Of a stretch of DNA of 64,000 bases, positions 57,817 to 64,000 are shown piece after piece. Source of the DNA: Macrostomum hystrix (taxonomy: Eukaryota; Animalia; Platyhelminthes); assembly GCA_950097015.1 (NCBI GenBank), contig CATNEN010000030.1:868001-932000 (forward strand), written 5' to 3'. The notes beneath the pieces were generated by a model. That model had not been told where the DNA came from. It was given only the letters and a program-made list of their open reading frames with translations, and did not search any database. Within the stretch, counting starts at the first letter, position 1. Every line of letters begins with the position of its first letter. The position numbers and the translations under genes are program-made.

Positions 57817-60800
57817 GGTTTCTAAGTGGCATTTCTCTGATGGATTGGGTTTCTTAGTGGCATTTCTCTGATGGATTGGGTTTCTTAGTGGCATTTCTCT
57901 GATGGATTGGGTTTCTTAGTGGCATTTCTCTGATGGATTGGGTTTCTTAGTGGCATTTCTCTGATGGATTGGGTTTATTAGTGGCATTTCTCTGATGGAT
58001 TGGGTTTCTTAGTGGCATTTCTCTGATGGATTGTGTTTCTTAGTGGCATTTCTCTGATGGATTGGGTTTCTTAGTGGAATTTCTCTGATGGATTGGGTTT
58101 CTTAGTGGCATTTCTCTGATGGATTGGGTTTCTTAGTGGCATTTCTCTGATGGATTGGGTTTCTTAGTGGCATTTCTCTGATGGATTGTGTTTCTTAGTG
58201 GCATTTCTCTGATGGATTGGGTTTCTTAGTGGAATTTCTCTGATGGATTGGGTTTCTTAGTGGCATTTCTCTGATGGATTGGGTTTCTTAGTGGCATTTC
58301 TCTGATGGATTGGGTTACTTAGTGGCATTTCTCTGATGGATTAGGTTTCTAAGTGGCATTTCTCTGATGGATTGGGTTTCTTAGTGGCATTTCTCTGATG
58401 GATTGGGTTTCTAAGTGGCATTTCTCTGATGGATTGGGTTTCTTAGTGGCATTTCTCTGATGGATTGGGTTTCTTAGTGGCATTTCTCTGATGGATTGGG
58501 TTTCTTAGTGGCATTTCTCTGATGGATTGGGTTTATTAGTGGCATTTCTCTGATGGATTGGGTTTCTTAGTGGCATTTCTCTGATGGATTGTGTTTCTTA
58601 GTGGCATTTCTCTGATGGATTGGGTTTCTTAGTGGAATTTCTCTGATGGATTGGGTTTCTTAGTGGCATTTCTCTGATGGATTGGGTTTCTTAGTGGCAT
58701 TTCTCTGATGGATTGGGTTTCTTAGTGGCATTTCTCTGATGGATTGTGTTTCTTAGTGGCATTTCTCTGATGGATTGGGTTTCTTAGTGGAATTTCTCTG
58801 ATGGATTGGGTTTCTTAGTGGCATTTCTCTGATGGATTGGGTTTCTTAGTGGCATTTCTCTGATGGATTGGGTTTTTTTATTGGCATTTCTCTGATGGAT
58901 TGGGTTTCTTAGTGGCATTTCTCTGATGGATTGGGTTTCTTAGTGGCATTTCTCTGATGGATTGGGTTTCTTAGTGGCAGTTCTCTGATGGATTGGGTTT
59001 CTAAGTGCCATTTCTCTGATGGATTGGGTTTCTAAGTGGCATTTCTCTGATGGATTGGGTTTCTTAGTGGCATTTCTCTGATGGATTGGGTTTCTAAGTG
59101 GCATTTCTCTGATGGATTGGGTTTCTAAGTGGCATTTCTCTGATGGATTGGGTTTCTTAGTGGCATTTCTCTGATGGATTGGGTTTCTTAGTGGCATTTC
59201 TCTGATGGATTGGGTTTCTTAGTGGCATTTCTCTGATGGATTGGGTTTCTAAGTGCCATTTCTCTGATGGATTGGGTTTCTAAGTGCTCTAAGTGCCATT
59301 TCTCTGATGGATTGGGTTTCTAAGTGCCATTTCTCTGATGGATTGGGTTTCTAAGTGCCATTTCTCTGATGGATTGGGTTTCTTAGTGGCATTTCTCTGA
59401 TGGATTGGGTTTCTTAGTGGCATTTCTCTGATGGATTGGGTTTCTAAGTGGCATTTCTCTGATGGATTGGGTTTCTTAGTGGCCTTTCTCTGATGGATTG
59501 GGTTTCTTAGTGGCATTTCTCTGATGGATTGGGTTTCTTAGTGGCATTTCTCTGATGGATTGGGTTTCTTAGTGGCAGTTCTCTGATGGATTGGGTTTCT
59601 AAGTGCCATTTCTCTGATGGATTGGGTTTCTAAGTGGCATTTCTCTGATGGATTGGGTTTCTTAGTGGCATTTCTCTGATGGATTGGGTTTCTAAGTGGC
59701 ATTTCTCTGATGGATTGGGTTTCTAAGTGGCATTTCTCTGATGGATTGGGTTTCTTAGTGGCATTTCTCTGATGGATTGGGTTTCTTAGTGGCATTTCTC
59801 TGATGGATTGGGTTTCTTAGTGGCATTTCTCTGATGGATTGGGTTTCTAAGTGGCATTTCTCTGATGGATTGGGTTACTTAGTGGCATTTCTCTGATGGA
59901 TTAGGTTTCTAAGTGGCATTTCTCTGATGGATTGGGTTTCTTAGTGGCATTTCTCTGATGGATTGGGTTTCTAAGTGGCATTTCTCTGATGGATTGGGTT
60001 TCTTAGTGGCATTTCTCTGATGGATTGGGTTTCTTAGTGGCATTTCTCTGATGGATTGGGTTTCTTAGTGGCATTTCTCTGATGGATTGGGTTTCTTAGT
60101 GGCATTTCTCTGATGGATTGGGTTTCTTAGTGGCATTTCTCTGATGGATTGGGTTTCTAAGTGCCATTTCTCTGATGGATTGGGTTTCTAAGTGGCATTT
60201 CTCTGATGGATTGGGTTTCTTAGTGGCATTTCTCTGATGGATTGGGTTTCTAAGTGGCATTTCTCTGATGGATTAGGTTTTTTTATTGGCATTTCTCTGA
60301 TGGATTGGGTTTCTTAGTGGCATTTCTCTGATGGATTGGGTTTCTTAGTGGCATTTCTCTGATGGATTGGGTTTCTTAGTGGCATTTCTCTGATGGATTG
60401 GGTTACTTAGTGGCATTTCTCTGATGGATTAGGTTTCTAAATGGCATTTCTCTGATGGATTGGGTTTCTTAGTGGCATTTCTCTGATGGATTGGGTTTCT
60501 AAGTGGCATTTCTCTGATGGATTGGGTTTCTTAGTGGCATTTCTCTGATGGATTGGGTTACTTAGTGGCATTTCTCTGATGGATTAGGTTTCTAAGTGGC
60601 ATTTCTCTGATGGATTGGGTTTCTTAGTGGCATTTCTCTGATGGATTGGGTTTCTAAGTGGCATTTCTCTGATGGATTGGGTTTCTTAGTGGCATTTCTC
60701 TGATGGATTGGGTTTCTTAGTGGCATTTCTCTGATGGATTGGGTTTCTTAGTGGCATTTCTCTGATGGATTGGGTTTCTTAGTGGCATTTCTCTGATGGA

Positions 60801-63800
60801 TTGGGTTTCTTAGTGGCATTTCTCTGATGGATTGGGTTTCTAAGTGCCATTTCTCTGATGGATTGGGTTTCTAAGTGGCATTTCTCTGATGGATTGGGTT
60901 TCTTAGTGGCATTTCTCTGATGGATTGGGTTTCTAAGTGGCATTTCTCTGATGGATTAGGTTTTTTTATTGGCATTTCTCTGATGGATTGGGTTTCTTAG
61001 TGGCATTTCTCTGATGGATTGGGTTTCTTAGTGGCATTTCTCTGATGGATTGGGTTTCTTAGTGGCAGTTCTCTGATGGATTGGGTTTCTAAGTGCCATT
61101 TCTCTGATGGATTGGGTTTCTAAGTGGCATTTCTCTGATGGATTGGGTTTCTTAGTGGCATTTCTCTGATGGATTGGGTTTCTAAGTGGCATTTCTCTGA
61201 TGGATTGGGTTTCTAAGTGGCATTTCTCTGATGGATTGGGTTTCTTAGTGGCATTTCTCTGATGGATTGGGTTTCTTAGTGGCATTTCTCTGATGGATTG
61301 GGTTTCTTAGTGGCATTTCTCTGATGGATTGTGTTTCTTAGTGGCATTTCTCTGATGGATTGGGTTTCTTAGTGGAATTTCTCTGATGGATTGGGTTTCT
61401 TAGTGGCATTTCTCTGATGGATTGGGTTTCTTAGTGGCATTTCTCTGATGGATTGGGTTTTTTTATTGGCATTTCTCTGATGGATTGGGTTTCTTAGTGG
61501 CATTTCTCTGATGGATTGGGTTTCTTAGTGGCATTTCTCTGATGGATTGGGTTTCTTAGTGGCAGTTCTCTGATGGATTGGGTTTCTAAGTGCCATTTCT
61601 CTGATGGATTGGGTTTCTAAGTGGCATTTCTCTGATGGATTGGGTTTCTTAGTGGCATTTCTCTGATGGATTGGGTTTCTAAGTGGCATTTCTCTGATGG
61701 ATTGGGTTTCTAAGTGGCATTTCTCTGATGGATTGGGTTTCTTAGTGGCATTTCTCTGATGGATTGGGTTTCTTAGTGGCATTTCTCTGATGGATTGGGT
61801 TTCTTAGTGGCATTTCTCTGATGGATTGGGTTTCTAAGTGCCATTTCTCTGATGGATTGGGTTTCTAAGTGCCATTTCTCTGATGGATTGGGTTTCTAAG
61901 TGCCATTTCTCTGATGGATTGGGTTTCTAAGTGGCATTTCTCTGATGGATTGGGTTTCTAAGTGCCATTTCTCTGATGGATTGGGTTTCTTAGTGGCCTT
62001 TCTCTGATGGATTGGGTTTCTTAGTGGCATTTCTCTGATGGATTGGGTTTCTTAGTGGCATTTCTCTGATGGATTGGGTTTCTTAGTGGCAGTTCTCTGA
62101 TGGATTGGGTTTCTAAGTGCCATTTCTCTGATGGATTGGGTTTCTAAGTGGCATTTCTCTGATGGATTGGGTTTCTTAGTGGCATTTCTCTGATGGATTG
62201 GGTTTCTAAGTGGCATTTCTCTGATGGATTGGGTTTCTAAGTGGCATTTCTCTGATGGATTGGGTTTCTTAGTGGCATTTCTCTGATGGATTGGGTTTCT
62301 TAGTGGCATTTCTCTGATGGATTGGGTTTCTTAGTGGCATTTCTCTGATGGATTGGGTTTCTAAGTGGCATTTCTCTGATGGATTGGGTTACTTAGTGGC
62401 ATTTCTCTGATGGATTAGGTTTCTAAGTGGCATTTCTCTGATGGATTGGGTTTCTTAGTGGCATTTCTCTGATGGATTGGGTTTCTAAGTGGCATTTCTC
62501 TGATGGATTGGGTTTCTTAGTGGCATTTCTCTGATGGATTGGGTTTCTTAGTGGCATTTCTCTGATGGATTGGGTTTCTTAGTGGCATTTCTCTGATGGA
62601 TTGGGTTTCTTAGTGGCATTTCTCTGATGGATTGGGTTTCTTAGTGGCATTTCTCTGATGGATTGGGTTTCTAAGTGCCATTTCTCTGATGGATTGGGTT
62701 TCTAAGTGGCATTTCTCTGATGGATTGGGTTTCTTAGTGGCATTTCTCTGATGGATTGGGTTTCTAAGTGGCATTTCTCTGATGGATTAGGTTTTTTTAT
62801 TGGCATTTCTCTGATGGATTGGGTTTCTTAGTGGCATTTCTCTGATGGATTGGGTTTCTTAGTGGCATTTCTCTGATGGATTGGGTTTCTTAGTGGCATT
62901 TCTCTGATGGATTGGGTTACTTAGTGGCATTTCTCTGATGGATTAGGTTTCTAAATGGCATTTCTCTGATGGATTGGGTTTCTTAGTGGCATTTCTCTGA
63001 TGGATTGGGTTTCTAAGTGGCATTTCTCTGATGGATTGGGTTTCTTAGTGGCATTTCTCTGATGGATTGGGTTACTTAGTGGCATTTCTCTGATGGATTA
63101 GGTTTCTAAGTGGCATTTCTCTGATGGATTGGGTTTCTTAGTGGCATTTCTCTGATGGATTGGGTTTCTAAGTGGCATTTCTCTGATGGATTGGGTTTCT
63201 TAGTGGCATTTCTCTGATGGATTGGGTTTCTTAGTGGCATTTCTCTGATGGATTGGGTTTCTTAGTGGCATTTCTCTGATGGATTGGGTTTCTTAGTGGC
63301 ATTTCTCTGATGGATTGGGTTTCTTAGTGGCATTTCTCTGATGGATTGGGTTTCTAAGTGCCATTTCTCTGATGGATTGGGTTTCTAAGTGGCATTTCTC
63401 TGATGGATTGGGTTTCTTAGTGGCATTTCTCTGATGGATTGGGTTTCTAAGTGGCATTTCTCTGATGGATTAGGTTTTTTTATTGGCATTTCTCTGATGG
63501 ATTGGGTTTCTTAGTGGCATTTCTCTGATGGATTGGGTTTCTTAGTGGCATTTCTCTGATGGATTGGGTTTCTTAGTGGCAGTTCTCTGATGGATTGGGT
63601 TTCTAAGTGCCATTTCTCTGATGGATTGGGTTTCTAAGTGGCATTTCTCTGATGGATTGGGTTTCTTAGTGGCATTTCTCTGATGGATTGGGTTTCTAAG
63701 TGGCATTTCTCTGATGGATTGGGTTTCTAAGTGGCATTTCTCTGATGGATTGGGTTTCTTAGTGGCATTTCTCTGATGGATTGGGTTTCTTAGTGGCATT

Positions 63801-64000
63801 TCTCTGATGGATTGGGTTTCTTAGTGGCATTTCTCTGATGGATTGGGTTTCTAAGTGCCATTTCTCTGATGGATTGGGTTTCTAAGTGCTCTAAGTGCCA
63901 TTTCTCTGATGGATTGGGTTTCTAAGTGCCATTTCTCTGATGGATTGGGTTTCTAAGTGCCATTTCTCTGATGGATTGGGTTTCTTAGTGGCATTTCTCT
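57817..64000. repeat. Intronic minisatellite, 31 bp unit (TTAGTGGCATTTCTCTGATGGATTGGGTTTC), ~200 copies, runs off the window end
   Basis: Begins ~26 nt after the KRIT1 GTAAGT donor; explains all MPLRNPIHQR ORFs. Confidence 0.98.

Noticed and set aside
58940-63799. Six identical 85-aa ORFs (MPLRNPIHQR...) as a tandem gene family
   Set aside because: Stop-free stretches of the 31-bp array; useful only as markers of higher-order repeats

Overview
Eukaryotic (animal) genomic DNA. GC-rich exons are separated by AT-rich introns, many of them inflated by minisatellite arrays. This style suggests a free-living flatworm such as Macrostomum (inference only). Genes that can be assembled with canonical GT-AG junctions: a single-exon ASFVRLamide neuropeptide precursor (4087-4635 +); an 8-exon sarcosine dehydrogenase (10468-21607 +, 905 aa); a 3-exon LRRC74-like LRR/EF-hand protein (25106-28533 +, 602 aa); a claudin/PMP22-like membrane protein (33741-~35701 +); an orphan spliced gene whose N-terminus resembles a Mutator transposase DNA-binding region (36527-38748 -); TRABD (42874-47601 -, first exon not found); and the first two exons of KRIT1/CCM1 (55186-57790 +, continuing beyond the window). 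Mobile DNA: a four-level nest in SARDH intron 3 (solo LTR inside a foldback-TIR MULE inside a CORE-like tRNA-SINE), a hAT MITE carrying a minisatellite, two tRNA-SINE families, Tc1/IS630-like and Gypsy relics, and an unclassified dispersed repeat. About 20 minisatellite arrays, each with a different unit, explain most of the low-complexity ORFs in the supplied track. The most unusual items are the nested element, the putative domesticated MULE gene, a zinc-finger ORF inside TTTCGCGAAA-rich repeats, a KRIT1 lacking canonical NPxY/F motifs with an intronic X-box, and the systematic expansion of introns from their interior.
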